A DNA stretch of 64,000 nt from Candidatus Marinacidobacterales bacterium (GCA_965219415.1 CBDCNP010000002.1:4896001-4960000), one strand, 5' to 3'; shown: positions 1 through 11,381, numbered from the stretch's first letter. Translations and numbers: made by a program. Notes: generated by a model from the sequence alone, not told the origin.

Positions 1-798
1 CTGGAAGAGTGCACCAAAGATGGCTGGCGAGATCGCCGTCCAGTCGAACCGGCTCGCGTCGAGGAGCGCCTGCCGCATCGAGGCATTGAAATCCGGGATA
101 CGCAGGGTTTCGGCAAACAGCTCGCCGTTCACGTGCGGAAAGCGCGCTAAATCCTCATCGAGCGCCGCTTGACGGCGCTCAATCGGCGTGTTCAGCACCT
201 GGAAGAGCCGCGCCAGCCATGGACCGAGGTCGGCTCCGTCGTCCGACGTGCGCTCCTCGATGAACTGCAGAAAGATGTCGCGCGGCTCGAAGATCCCGGT
301 GTCGTCGGCGAACAGGCAGAACACGATTCGGACCAGAAACAACTCCAGGTCGTGGCCGTCGTAGCCGGATGATTTGAGCGCGTCGTGCAAGCGCGCGATC
401 AGCCCGGACGCCTTGATGTTGACTGGATCCTGATCGCGGAACGCGCGGCGTTGCACACCGATGATGAACCCGAATTTCTCGACGTGCTGGGGCAGGTCGA
501 CAAGTGCGAAGCGAGACTCCTCGCGCTCTTCCCGGTCGAGCAGCTCGAACGTCTGGAAATCGCAGAGTAGCTGGTAGCGGGGGCGGTCCCGCTCGGGAAG
601 CGCATCGAAGTACCGGCCAGCTTGACGGCGCGCAATGGCTAAATCGCGACCGGCGCTCTTCTGCTCGACTAGCAGGACGCCAGGCCAGAACAGATCGATG
701 AAACCGGAGGTGTTGTCCAGTCGCCGAACGTGTTCCTCGTACCGCGCGACGGTGCGCCGCCGGACACCGAAGATGTCGAAGAACTCGTTGTAGAAGCT
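1..798 (-). pseudogene. MmeI-like (type IIL) restriction-methyltransferase, N-terminal part; 5'-truncated by IS5, frameshifted, runs off the window
   Basis: Minus strand reads SFYNEFFDIFGVRRR...GFIDLFWPGVLLVEQKSAG, then after a frameshift near 580 RYQLLCDFQTF...LVRIVFCLFADDTGIF, typical of MmeI-family N-termini. Confidence 0.8.
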
Positions 799-1885
799 GG
801 CGTTGTTGCACGGCCCGGCGCAAATCGCTGACCTCCCTGTGCCGGTCGGAGAGTCACCCGGCGCAGTAAGTATCGGGCATGCCGAGCGCGGTCATCTTGT
901 TGAGTATCTCACACCCAATTCGGTGTTCAACTCGTTGCCTCGCCAACGTTCGAGCCCGCATCTCGGGCCCCATGATCGCCTTGTAACGATAGACCGCGTT
1001 CTCCACCATGCTTCGCTCGGTGCAGCCTGAGAGCTTGTACCATTCACGTCGGCCGTGTCTTTCGATTGCACGAATATGGCGGTCGCGTTCCCGCATGGCG
1101 GTGTTCGAATTCTGACTGAGCGTGGCGTTTCGTTGCGGCGGAATCACCACGCGCGTCCTTCGTCCAGGGCTGTGCGCTTCGATGGCTTCGTAGACCGCTT
1201 CCTTGTCGTATGCACTGTCCGCCGCCACCGACGCTATAGGTGCTTGAATCTGTGTTAGCAAAGGGGGGACTCGCGTTGCGTCGCAAGCTCGTGACGCCGT
1301 CAGTTCGGACGCAACAATGTTGCCGGTCTTGCGATCAACGGCGATGTGCAACTTGCGCCAGGCGCGCTGCTTTGGCGGTTTGCGGGTGGTTCCAACATGA
1401 ATCCTCAAGCCCGTGCTATCGATCATCAGGTGGATTGGTTGATTGCTTGCGGCTTTTCGAATCCGCAGCTTCTTGCGGAGCAGCCTCGACCGCCGACACA
1501 ACGTCGAGTAGTCCGGGATCTCGATACACAGCCGGAGAAGCGAGGCGATCGAGTGCAAGAAGCCTTCGGTTTGGCGGTAGGCAAGCTTGTACACCATCCG
1601 GACAACCAGGCCCGTTTCAATCGCCATCTCTGAATAGACCCGTTGACCGCCAGGCTTACCGCTCTTGTCGGCCTTCCAGTTCGCGATTGCCTCCTCGTCA
1701 AACCAGACCGTCAAATCGCCCCGGCGGCGCAGCCCTTCGTTGTATTCCGCCCAGTTGGAAACGTGGTACTTCTTCTGTTTCGCGTGTTTGTACTGGCTGC
1801 GCTTGGGATACTTCATGGTCGAACATTACCTCGGCCACCACCATAGGTAGATTTCGCGCTCAGCCAAGAGCGGTGCAACAACGCC
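799..1885 (-). mobile_element. IS5-family (IS903 group) insertion sequence
   Basis: Perfect 13-bp terminal inverted repeats GGCGTTGTTGCAC (799-811 and 1873-1885) around a transposase; flanks do not form a TSD. Confidence 0.9.
854..1816 (-). CDS. IS5 family DDE transposase
   Basis: 320 aa; NWAEYNEGLRRRGDLTVW, IPDYSTLCRR, IDSTGL, WRKLHIAVD, ADSAYD motifs. Confidence 0.93.
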   Translation of the reverse strand: MKYPKRSQYKHAKQKKYHVSNWAEYNEGLRRRGDLTVWFDEEAIANWKADKSGKPGGQRVYSEMAIETGLVVRMVYKLAYRQTEGFLHSIASLLRLCIEIPDYSTLCRRSRLLRKKLRIRKAASNQPIHLMIDSTGLRIHVGTTRKPPKQRAWRKLHIAVDRKTGNIVASELTASRACDATRVPPLLTQIQAPIASVAADSAYDKEAVYEAIEAHSPGRRTRVVIPPQRNATLSQNSNTAMRERDRHIRAIERHGRREWYKLSGCTERSMVENAVYRYKAIMGPEMRARTLARQRVEHRIGCEILNKMTALGMPDTYCAG

Positions 1886-1985
1886 CCTCACGGGCACAGG
1901 TGGCCGCCGATGAACTGTTTTTGTCCGCAGTAACGGTTGGGAAGATCCAAGCGGGTATCGAATTCACCCGCGAGCAGGATGCCTG
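1886..1985 (+). pseudogene. PIN/VapC toxin internal fragment
   Basis: Reads ELFLSAVTVGKIQAGIEFTREQD, like the SxxTxxEIxxG helix of PIN toxins; cut by the IS5 end. Confidence 0.55.
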
Positions 1986-2028
1986 TGATCCGCGAAAAAG
2001 AAGACCGGAGTCCGCGCGTCGAACGCCA

Positions 2029-2414
2029 TCACAGCCAGAGTACGGGGGCCGGATAGCGTGCGATCAACTGGTCTGGTGTTACGATCGTCAAGCCGCGTAG
2101 GATCGCTTGGGACACCAAGCCCCGGTCGAACGGATCCCGATGATGCGGCGGCAGCAGTACGTCGTGCACCGCGTCCCGTTCGTCGTACGGTAGAGGTTCG
2201 ATCTGCAGCCGCTGGCGACGACTAGCGACGAACGACGCAGGAGATGCAGGAAGTGACAACCGGCCAAGTCGATACTTAATCGTTATCTCCCACACAGAGA
2301 GAGCGCTGAGGTACACGGCGTTCGAGGGGGTACGACACTCCGTCCTGGCGCGCAACGGCAGCCGTGGATCATCGGACAACAGCCAGAGAAACGTGCAGGT
2401 GTCGAGCAGGAGCG

Positions 2415-2418
<4 letters not shown>
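2029..2418 (-). CDS. vapC: VapC-family PIN-domain toxin
   Basis: GTG start overlapping the upstream stop (GTGA); LLLDTCTFLW, SVWEITIK, HRDPFDRGLVSQA, TPD motifs. Confidence 0.92.
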
Positions 2419-3710
<1,292 letters not shown>

Positions 3711-3719
3711 GTCTCAAGC

Positions 3720-4229
3720 TGTCCCTTCCATAAACTCGAGCTGTATGAGATTGGCGAACTTCCTGCAACCGGAATGCTTTGGTCGTCTTCATGTAGGACG
3801 TTTTAAGAGCCGGCGTCGGCTCTACTCAGGGGTAGAGGTGTAAGCTGGTGCGAAGTCCGGCAGCCGTTCCGAGCGGGTCGGCTCAAGCAGCGCGTCGAGT
3901 GTAATGATGATGGAGACCACCGACCTTTTGGAATGGCTCTCACTTTGCCCATCGCCGGTGACTCTACCCGGCGAGGCTCAGGCGCGTCCTTCTCAAGCGA
4001 CAAATGAGTCCGGCACGAATGATAGTAGTCGACGTATTTGCGTAGGATTCGCTTCAGGTGCCGCTCATCAAGGACGATCACGTGGTCGAGACACTCACGT
4101 CGAATGGAGCCGATCATCCTTTCGACAAATGGATTCTGCCACGGGGAGCGCGGTGCGGTAAGGACCTGCTCTATCCCGAGACCGTCGACGCGAGTATCGA
4201 AGTACGCTCCGTAGGTCTGGTCTCGACCC
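3720..4229 (-). mobile_element. Element B (rve-type DDE) 3' half with right end
   Basis: Near-identical to about 19185-19693; SPWQNPFVERMIGSIRRECLDH; end TGTCCCTTCCATAAA at 3720. Confidence 0.88.
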
Positions 4230-4407
4230 CGTCCTGTGCCAAAATTCGGCCCTTTTGAAATAGAGCATAAATCAGTAGCTTATTGTCTGTGTTTGCGACC
4301 GTGCCAAGGGCCGAGCGCGAACAAACGACGAAATCATGTAGGCATGGTCCCGGCAAACCGGAGACCGATCAAGTTCGGGGCGCGCGGATGAATAAATAGA
4401 AGGCACA
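4230..4407. mobile_element. Hybrid MITE joining element C left end and element B left end
   Basis: CGTCCTGTGCCAAAA at 4230 and ...AATAAATAGAAGGCACA at 4407; the same ~178-bp unit occurs inverted at 38308-38486. Confidence 0.75.
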
Positions 4408-4830
4408 GGCTGACGGCATCATGAGGGTTCCCTCGGTGCCATCCGGAGCCTTTGCGAGTGACGGCGGCGTGCAGATCGGACCGAGCCGGTAGCTCGAAAC
4501 GAGCGCGGCTGCCTGCGCTGCGAGCTCCGGGGTGAAGTCGATCAAGTCGTCGAGACTCACGCCCTGTCGCTCGAAGGGAGGCGGTTTAGTCGGAAACGGT
4601 TGGGTGAGTGCGGTCCGCTCGCCCGGTACGTCCGTTTGGGGGACGGGACGCTCCTCGATCGGCCAGACCGGCTCCCCGGTTGCCGGGTCGAAGACGAACA
4701 CGAATCCCTGTTTGGTCGGCTGGGCGACGGCTTTGATGGGCCGGCCATCGACGACGATGTCGGCGAGAATCGGCGCGCACGGCAGGTCCCAATCCCACAT
4801 ATCATGATGAACGGTCTGAAAGTGCCAAAC
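4408..4830 (-). pseudogene. PQQ-dependent (quinoprotein glucose) dehydrogenase internal fragment
   Basis: [22 protein letters not shown]...[21 protein letters not shown]...[11 protein letters not shown]. Confidence 0.85.
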
Positions 4831-4938
4831 TGGTCGCGTTCAAGCTTCCGTCGTAATCCGACTCTGATCGAATCGTTGAAACGAAACTCCCGATCGCATA
4901 GGCTGCCCGTCTCTGTCGATCACGTCTGGAGGGCTAAC

Positions 4939-6030
4939 ATGAAGGGGAGAGCTTCTCGCGTACTTGCGGCCTTGGCTCTGGCGGCAAACTGGGCATGTCA
5001 GCCGGTGCAGGCGCCCGATACCGCTATCGATAAGGCCGGACCGCCGCCGGGTGCCGTTTGGGAAGGCGAAGCGTTCACCTTTCAACAGGTTCGCGACGAT
5101 ATCTACCACGCCGTTGGTACGGGTAACTTGACCATCGGATGCAACGGCAGCGTCATTATTAATGAGAACGACGTGCTCCTGGTGGACTCTCACATGACGC
5201 CGGCCGCTTCATGGGCGCTCTTGAAAGAGTTGAAAAGCATCACCCACAAGCCCGTGCGCTACGTCGTGAATACCCATTTCCATTTCGACCACGCGCACGG
5301 CAACCAGACATTCGGCGAGGACGTCGAGATCATTGGCCACGAGTTCACCCGCGAGCAGCTAGTATCGGGGGCATCCATGGAAGGTCGCGCCTGGGACGCG
5401 TTCGTGGGAGGACTGCCGGAGCGGATCCAGGAAACAGAGAGCAAGCTTCAGATGGCCATCGACGCGACCGATCCGAACGCCGAAGCGGAACTGCGGAAAC
5501 AAGTCTCGATTCTGAAAAATTATCAAGACGCGACGAATGCGATAGTCCCGACGCCGCCGACGATCACGCTGAGGAAGCGCCTGACGCTCACACGCGGAGG
5601 CCGGGAGATTCAGCTCCTGTACTTCGGCCGCGGCCATACGGGTGGTGACGTCGTCGTCTACTTGCCGGAAGACAAGGCCATCGTAACCGGTGACCTCTTG
5701 ACCAACGGCCTCGCCTATATGGGGAACGCCTACTTGAACGAGTGGGCCGACACGCTCGACGAGGTCAAGAAACTCGACTTCGACGTCGTACTTCCCGGGC
5801 ATGGCCGTGCGTTCGAGGACATCGAGAAGATCGATCACTTCCAGGCTTATCTGCGCGATTTGTGGCCCAAGATCGTAGCCAAGCACGAGGCGGGCGTCAG
5901 TGAGGAAGAAGCAGCCCAAACGATCGATATGACGAACCACGCGGAGCATTTCTCTCAAATCGACGGGCCGGGCGTGCACCCTCACGCCGTGCAGCGCGCC
6001 TACGCGCTCCTCAACGGCACCGAGCACTAG
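4939..6030 (+). CDS. MBL-fold metallo-hydrolase, probable lipoprotein
   Basis: GGAGG RBS before ATG 4939; signal ending in WAC; NTHFHFDHAHGN, GHTGGD, GD and PGHG motifs. Confidence 0.9.
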   Translation: MKGRASRVLAALALAANWACQPVQAPDTAIDKAGPPPGAVWEGEAFTFQQVRDDIYHAVGTGNLTIGCNGSVIINENDVLLVDSHMTPAASWALLKELKSITHKPVRYVVNTHFHFDHAHGNQTFGEDVEIIGHEFTREQLVSGASMEGRAWDAFVGGLPERIQETESKLQMAIDATDPNAEAELRKQVSILKNYQDATNAIVPTPPTITLRKRLTLTRGGREIQLLYFGRGHTGGDVVVYLPEDKAIVTGDLLTNGLAYMGNAYLNEWADTLDEVKKLDFDVVLPGHGRAFEDIEKIDHFQAYLRDLWPKIVAKHEAGVSEEEAAQTIDMTNHAEHFSQIDGPGVHPHAVQRAYALLNGTEH

Positions 6031-6044
6031 CCGGAAGGACGACG

Positions 6045-6960
6045 ATGCGCGTGCATAGGGCCATGTTGGCGCTCACACTCTTGTGCTGCGCCTCCGCATC
6101 CATCCTCGCACAGGACAAAAGGGCCATGACAGTCGACGATCTCCTCGAGCTCGTGAGGATCGGCGACGTTGCCATAACGCCCGACGGTTCCCGAGTCTTC
6201 TATTCCGAGCGGCATCTGGACTGGGAGACGAACAAGTACGAAAAGACTTCATGATTTCCTCCGAGGGCGGATCACCGGTTCCCTTCGTTCGCAAAGACGG
6301 CGGTGAGAATTTTCTCATCTCACCCGATGGGAAATACTTATCCATGTTGCGAAAGGTCGAGGAAAAACCACAGATATTCATCATGCCCCTGAATGGTGGC
6401 GAGGCTCGGCCCTTGACGGAGCACCGTGGAGAAATCACCGATTACAAATGGACCGGTGATGCGCAGAGCATCGTGTTTATTGCTAAAGAGGCGATGGCCG
6501 AGGAAGAGGAGAACGAGTTCGCGCTCGGAGCCGATCCGATATTCGTCAATGAAGGAGCTGATGGCAAGAACCATGGCCGATGGACGCATCTCTGGCACCT
6601 CGATATCACGTCCGAGAAGGTAGCTCGTATTACCGGAGAGGACTTTCTCATCGGCGGATTCGATGTGTCGAGCGACGGCTCTCGCGTCGTGTTTACGGCT
6701 CGATGCGACAACCGCGGGAATTTCCCTTTCTTGTCGGAGCTCTATCTCGTCCGGACGGACGGGAACGACATGAAACCCCTGACCCGCAACCGGGCTCTCG
6801 AGAGGGATCCTGTCTGGGCGCCGGATGGGAGGCGTTTCGTATTCCACGCTACCGATGACCAAGAGTTGGGTCTGCGCAACGGCTACTTGTGGATCCTGAA
6901 CCCCGACACCGGCGAGCTCGAGAAACTGGAGGGACAAAACACCGGTAAGATCGACCACCT
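6045..6960 (+). pseudogene. S9-family peptidase-like beta-propeller N-terminus, frameshifted and truncated
   Basis: Signal peptide, then KRAMTVDDLL...SPDG / WAPDG propeller repeats; frame break near 6245; cut by a C left end at 6961. Confidence 0.75.
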
Positions 6961-7120
6961 CGTCCTGTGCCAAAACTCGGCCCTTTTGAAATAGGCCATG
7001 AATCAGCAACTTAGTGTCTGTGTTTGCGACCGGGCCAAGGGCCGTGGGCTTTACAATCGTCTTGGGCGGGCGGGTCGTCCGTGGAGCACCTTCATCAAGG
7101 TTCATTGGGGCGCTATCGCT
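6961..7120 (+). mobile_element. Element C left end with an internally deleted transposase remnant
   Basis: Matches about 37464-37565, then jumps to WSTFIKVHWGAIA. Confidence 0.75.
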
Positions 7121-7154
7121 CATTCTCAAGTACTACTGCCGTGCCGCGTAGATT

Positions 7155-7919
7155 GTGGCTGGCGACGGTTCCGGCGCCTCCGGTGGCATCGGACGAGCGA
7201 CTGCCCGGGCCTTCGCCGGGGAGGGTGCCCGCCTCGCGCTTCACTACCACAACAATCCAGAGAGCGTCGAGGAGCTATCGAGCGCTCTCGACGTCGAGAC
7301 CGTGCTGGTGGGGGCGAATGTGGCGAAAGAGGAGGACGTCGAGACGATGTACCGAGACGCGCTCTCGTCGCTGAAGCGCCTCGATGGGATCGTCGTCAAT
7401 GCCGGCATCTGGATCGCGGAAGAAACACCCCTGCATCGCATGTCGCTCGAACAGTGGAACACGACGGTGGCAACGGACCTGAGTGGAGCTTTCCTCACTT
7501 GCCGGGAGTTTCTGCGCCATCTGGAGAGCGATCCCCGTGACGAAGCTTCGATCGTCTTCGTCGGCTCGACTGCGGCCCTCTTCGGCGAGGAGAACCACAC
7601 GGACTACGCCTCCGCCAAGGCCGCCATGGCCTACGGCATGACGCGAAGCCTGAAGAACGAGATCGTACGACTCGCGCCGCTCGGACGGGTGAACTGCGTC
7701 AGTCCGGGATGGGTGGACACCCCCATGGCGGCGGCCTCGATGGAGGACCCCGAGGCGATTGGGAAGGCTACCGCGACGATGGCCCTGGAGAAGATCGCGA
7801 CGGCGGAGGATGTGGCGAACGCCATCGTATTCTTCTCCTCTTCCGCGCTGGCCGGCCACCTCAGCGGCAGCATTCTTCCGATCGCGGGCGGCATGGAGGG
7901 CCGCTGGTTGCACCCCTAA
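7155..7919 (+). CDS. SDR family oxidoreductase, first beta-strand probably lost
   Basis: GASGGIG, NAG, YASAK and SPGWVDT motifs; no hydrophobic strand before the Gly-rich loop. Confidence 0.8.
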   Translation: MAGDGSGASGGIGRATARAFAGEGARLALHYHNNPESVEELSSALDVETVLVGANVAKEEDVETMYRDALSSLKRLDGIVVNAGIWIAEETPLHRMSLEQWNTTVATDLSGAFLTCREFLRHLESDPRDEASIVFVGSTAALFGEENHTDYASAKAAMAYGMTRSLKNEIVRLAPLGRVNCVSPGWVDTPMAAASMEDPEAIGKATATMALEKIATAEDVANAIVFFSSSALAGHLSGSILPIAGGMEGRWLHP

Positions 7920-8048
7920 ACCAGGCCGAAGACGCGATCCAGCCGTTACGTGAGCTTTTCGTCGCCGGCCATACTAACATTCGCACATGGTCGAGTCGTT
8001 GCGATCGCCGATCGCCGCCAGTCGCAACGAAATGGTGGCTTCTCTTTC

Positions 8049-8672
8049 GTGAGCCACGGCAAACGTCTCACACGCCGCTTCTTCCGTCGGGACCCCGAGA
8101 CCCTCGCACGGGCATTGCTAGGTCAGGTGCTCGTGCGGCGCCTTCCCAACGGCAAGGAGCTCTCCGGTCGCATCGTCGAGGTCGAGGCCTACCTCGGTAT
8201 CGAGGACAAGGCGGCCCACAGCTACGGCGGACGCAGAACGAAACGAAATGAATCGATGTGGTTAGACGGCGGCCACGCCTACGTCTACTTCACTTACGGC
8301 ATGCACTTCTGCATCAACGTCGTTGCGAATCGAGCGGAGGTCCCCACGGCATGCTTGATCCGTGCCCTGGAGCCGCTGGAAGGGATCGAACACATGAGAC
8401 GTCAGCGCGCGAAAAAGGTTCAAGAGTCGCGTCTAGATGACACAAACCTCTGCTCGGGTCCGGCGAAACTCACCGAGTCCCTGGGCATCGACCGAAAGCT
8501 CGACAGGATCGACCTCGTGACCAGCGAGCAGGTCTTCCTAGTGCGAGGCCGCAGCGTCCGAGACGCGAGCGTCGAGGTCGCTCCAAGGGTTGGCATCGCC
8601 TACGCGAAGGAAGTGTGGGCGTCCAAGCCGCTCCGATTCTTCGTGAGAGGCAACCCCCACGTGAGCCGTTAG
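8049..8672 (+). CDS. mpg: DNA-3-methyladenine glycosylase (MPG/AAG family)
   Basis: LARALLGQVL, GRIVEVEAYLG, YVYFTYGMH, LIRALEP, GPAKL and RVGI motifs; GTG start inferred. Confidence 0.93.
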   Translation: MSHGKRLTRRFFRRDPETLARALLGQVLVRRLPNGKELSGRIVEVEAYLGIEDKAAHSYGGRRTKRNESMWLDGGHAYVYFTYGMHFCINVVANRAEVPTACLIRALEPLEGIEHMRRQRAKKVQESRLDDTNLCSGPAKLTESLGIDRKLDRIDLVTSEQVFLVRGRSVRDASVEVAPRVGIAYAKEVWASKPLRFFVRGNPHVSR

Positions 8673-8684
8673 AAAAAGCAAAAG

Positions 8685-8710
8685 GGTGCTTGCGCTGTTT
8701 ACTGTTGGTG
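8685..8710. mobile_element. Orphan end of the IS1-type MITE
   Basis: GGTGCTTGCGCTGTTTACTGTTGGTG matches 39483 and the right ends of 21473-21639 and 42663-42828. Confidence 0.7.
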
Positions 8711-8960
8711 TCTAATCTCGATTTTCGAGTGCCAAGTTTGCCCGTCACGTGCTGCTCATCTCAATTCAATTCCCTGTTCGGTCATCTCAAATTCCCTGCT
8801 ATTTCGGAACAGGGAATTGCTATCTAACCATCTGAAATATAGAGGGTTACCACGTGGAAAAACGGCCCAATCAGCCCCCAAATAGCCTAAATTCCCTGTT
8901 TTTCCCTGTTATTCATGGATTCTAAGCCAAGACCGGATAGCTCCGAACTGCACCATCCCG
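8711..8960. repeat. Non-coding relic with TTCCCTG/CAGGGAA repeats; shares two blocks with 34990-35183
   Basis: Five TTCCCTG/CAGGGAA units; 8931-8958 is the reverse complement of 35154-35181, and 8711-8734 of 34996-35019 (one mismatch). Confidence 0.7.
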
Positions 8961-8961
8961 G

Positions 8962-9771
8962 CTACTGCTCTAATGCACGGTGGCGGCGTACGAAATCGAG
9001 GAACGCCTCGTTGAAGGGCTTGGGGTACTCCCAGATGGCGGCATGCCCCCCCAAGACCGTCCTCCACTCCGATCCCGGGACGCCTTCTTGAAGGCGGCGG
9101 GACAGCTCGACAGGGATCAAGATGTCCTGCTCGCCGGTAATAACGAGGGTCGGGACCGAGATCTGGCCGATCCGATCGGCTGCGTCGTGGGTTCGGATCA
9201 CATTCAGCTGGGCAAGGTACGCCTCGACCGGCTGCGGTATCGCCGCCATCGCCTTCTCAAACTCGGCCAGCTCTTCCTGGCGCTTTTCGAAGAAGGGCAC
9301 GGTGAAGGCCCATAGGGTGACGTCACGCATCACTCCGGCCAGGCCGACAGCGGAAGCCATGTCCCGCCAGAGATCGAACATTCGAGAGCAGAACGGTCCG
9401 GGAGCCGCGTACGTGTTGGCGAGGGTCAGTGAAAGAAGGTCGCCGGAGTAGGCGAGCGCGTACTCCTGGGCGACCATGCCGCCCATAGAGACACCCATCA
9501 GGTGGAAGTCGCTGATGTCGAGCGAGTTCACCAAGGCTTTCGCATCGTCGGCCAGCAAGCGACTCGTGTAGGGACCAGGGGGCTTGGTCGTTTCGCCAAC
9601 GCCCCGATTGTCGAAGCACAGCACGCGGTAGCCCGCCTCGATGAAATCCGGGGTCTGGAACCCCCAAGCCTCGAGGTCGTCGGCCAGGCCGTTGATGAGG
9701 ACGATGGTCTCGGGACCTTCTCCATCGAGTCGGTAGTGGATGTCGATTCCGTTGACGTTCGCAAGAGACAT
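8962..9771 (-). CDS. Alpha/beta fold hydrolase
   Basis: DNRGVG, GVSMGG nucleophile elbow, GEQD and GGH catalytic motifs. Confidence 0.92.
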   Translation of the reverse strand: MSLANVNGIDIHYRLDGEGPETIVLINGLADDLEAWGFQTPDFIEAGYRVLCFDNRGVGETTKPPGPYTSRLLADDAKALVNSLDISDFHLMGVSMGGMVAQEYALAYSGDLLSLTLANTYAAPGPFCSRMFDLWRDMASAVGLAGVMRDVTLWAFTVPFFEKRQEELAEFEKAMAAIPQPVEAYLAQLNVIRTHDAADRIGQISVPTLVITGEQDILIPVELSRRLQEGVPGSEWRTVLGGHAAIWEYPKPFNEAFLDFVRRHRALEQ

Positions 9772-9778
9772 GGCCGCC

Positions 9779-11064
9779 TGTGCATCGTCAAAACTGCTCC
9801 GCCCACGAAATCAAGGACTTACGCTCCGCTTGAATTCCGGGCCGAAGACGGCGAAACTCCGCCGCTATGCTCAACGTTGTTGTCTTCCTCGTCTCACTTG
9901 GCGTCCGTGCCATTCGGGCGATGTGTCAGCGCCGCGCCGATCTGGTGTTGGAGAACGTCGCTTTGCGGCAGCAAGTGACGGCGCTGAAGAAAGAGCGCCC
10001 ACGCCCACCGCTCGACGACACGGAACGGGTTTTCTGGGTTGCCCTTCGAGGTTCGTGGCCCGTGTGGGCGAGCCGCCTGCTCATCGTCCACGCGGACACC
10101 GTAGCCCGTTGGCATCGCGACCGATTCCGACGGTACTGGGCAAAGATCTCGCAGCGCCGCCATCCCGGTCGGCCTCGGATTGATGCCGAGATTCGTCGCC
10201 TCGTCCGCACGATGGCGCAAGACGGCTGGGGGGCGCCACGCATCCATGCTGAGCTCACCAAGCTCGGTTTCATCATCTCCGAGATTACGGTGTCGCGATA
10301 CCTGCCGCGGCGTCCCGCGGAGCCCGACCAGCTGAAACGATGGATGGCTTTCTTGCGCAACCATAAAGACGATATCGTCGCCATGGATCTGTTCACCGTG
10401 CCCACCGCGTCGCTCCGGCTGCTGTACGGCTTCTTCGTCATCGAGCACGGTCGTCGGCACATCGTTCACTTCAACGCCACGTTCCATCCGACGTCTGCTT
10501 GGGTTATTCAGCAACTACGCGAGGCATTTCCCTACGACACCGCTCCGAGATATCTCATCTTCGATCGCGACTTCATCTTTAACGCTGCGGTCATCGAGTT
10601 CATCAAGGCAACGGGCACAAAACCCGTTCGCACTTCGTTTCGCAGCCCATGGCAAAACGGAACCGCGGAGCGGTGGGTCGGCAGCTGCCGCCGCGAGCTC
10701 CTTGAGCACGTGGTGGTTCTCGGCGCATGTCATCTCATCCGGCTCGTGCGAGCTTACATCAGCTACTATCATGAGGACCGTTGCCACTTGGGGCTGAACA
10801 AGGACACACCGAGCTTGAGAACGGTCACGCACCGACCGTCTCCTACGGCGAAAGTAGTCGCACTGCCGCGAGTCGGTGGACTGCACCATCGATACGAGTG
10901 GCTAGAGGCAGCCTGAGTCAGCTTGGTCGCTCGCGTTACTCGGCTGGTCGCCGAGAAGTTCGTCCTCAGCACCTTCCCTCGCGCCCTGACCACGCTCTCC
11001 AGCATGTGCTCGAGGGCGGTCCGGGCCCTAGAGTCCAGTCCCGGATTAATAATGATGATGGACA
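9779..11064 (+). mobile_element. Element A copy 1 (IS3/IS481-like rve integrase-core element)
   Basis: Ends TGTGCATCGTCAAAA and AATAATGATGATGGACA; boundaries defined by comparison with the other copies; no TSD. Confidence 0.9.
9867..10916 (+). CDS. Integrase-core (rve) DDE transposase, element A
   Basis: WGAPRIHAEL, MDLFTV, IFDRD, SPWQNGTAERWVGSCRRELL, VGGLHHRY. Confidence 0.92.
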   Translation: MLNVVVFLVSLGVRAIRAMCQRRADLVLENVALRQQVTALKKERPRPPLDDTERVFWVALRGSWPVWASRLLIVHADTVARWHRDRFRRYWAKISQRRHPGRPRIDAEIRRLVRTMAQDGWGAPRIHAELTKLGFIISEITVSRYLPRRPAEPDQLKRWMAFLRNHKDDIVAMDLFTVPTASLRLLYGFFVIEHGRRHIVHFNATFHPTSAWVIQQLREAFPYDTAPRYLIFDRDFIFNAAVIEFIKATGTKPVRTSFRSPWQNGTAERWVGSCRRELLEHVVVLGACHLIRLVRAYISYYHEDRCHLGLNKDTPSLRTVTHRPSPTAKVVALPRVGGLHHRYEWLEAA

Positions 11065-11296
11065 ACCTTCTCGCCAGTCACCGCGCACCGTTTCTCATAG
11101 ATGTCGGTCACCGCGAGTCGAAACGTTCCCTGACCAAGGCGCTGCTTCACTAGCACAGGATCGCCGTACATGGGAGCTGGCTCGCCAGCGGTGACGGCGT
11201 GAGCGACGGTGAGCTTCGCCTGCACCGCCTCCCAGAGCTCACGGCCGACGTCACTGCTCAAGTCGTACCCTTTCCCCTGGACGATGTTTTTTTGGT
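11065..11296 (-). pseudogene. HNH restriction-endonuclease-like fragment
   Basis: KNIVQGKGYDL...RLGQGTFRLAVTDIYEKRCAVTGEKV; cut on both sides by IS ends. Confidence 0.8.
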
Positions 11297-11381
11297 CGTG
11301 AGGTCAAAATACTCATGCGGCTTCCCGTTGGAAAGGTGCAAACTGCTGACCCGATGGGCGTTCGAATATTTTGACCAGACG
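11297..11381. mobile_element. 85-bp MITE made of two C-type right ends
   Basis: CGTGAGGTCAAAATACTC...GAATATTTTGACCAGACG; the second end recurs near 50629-50683. Confidence 0.7.

Noticed and set aside
4600-4938. N-terminal extension making the MBL protein 476 aa
   Set aside because: It is the antisense of the PQQ fragment; RBS and signal peptide point to ATG 4939
8742-8754. 13-bp match CCGTCACGTGCTG with 35324
   Set aside because: Short enough to occur by chance in a GC-rich 64-kb window
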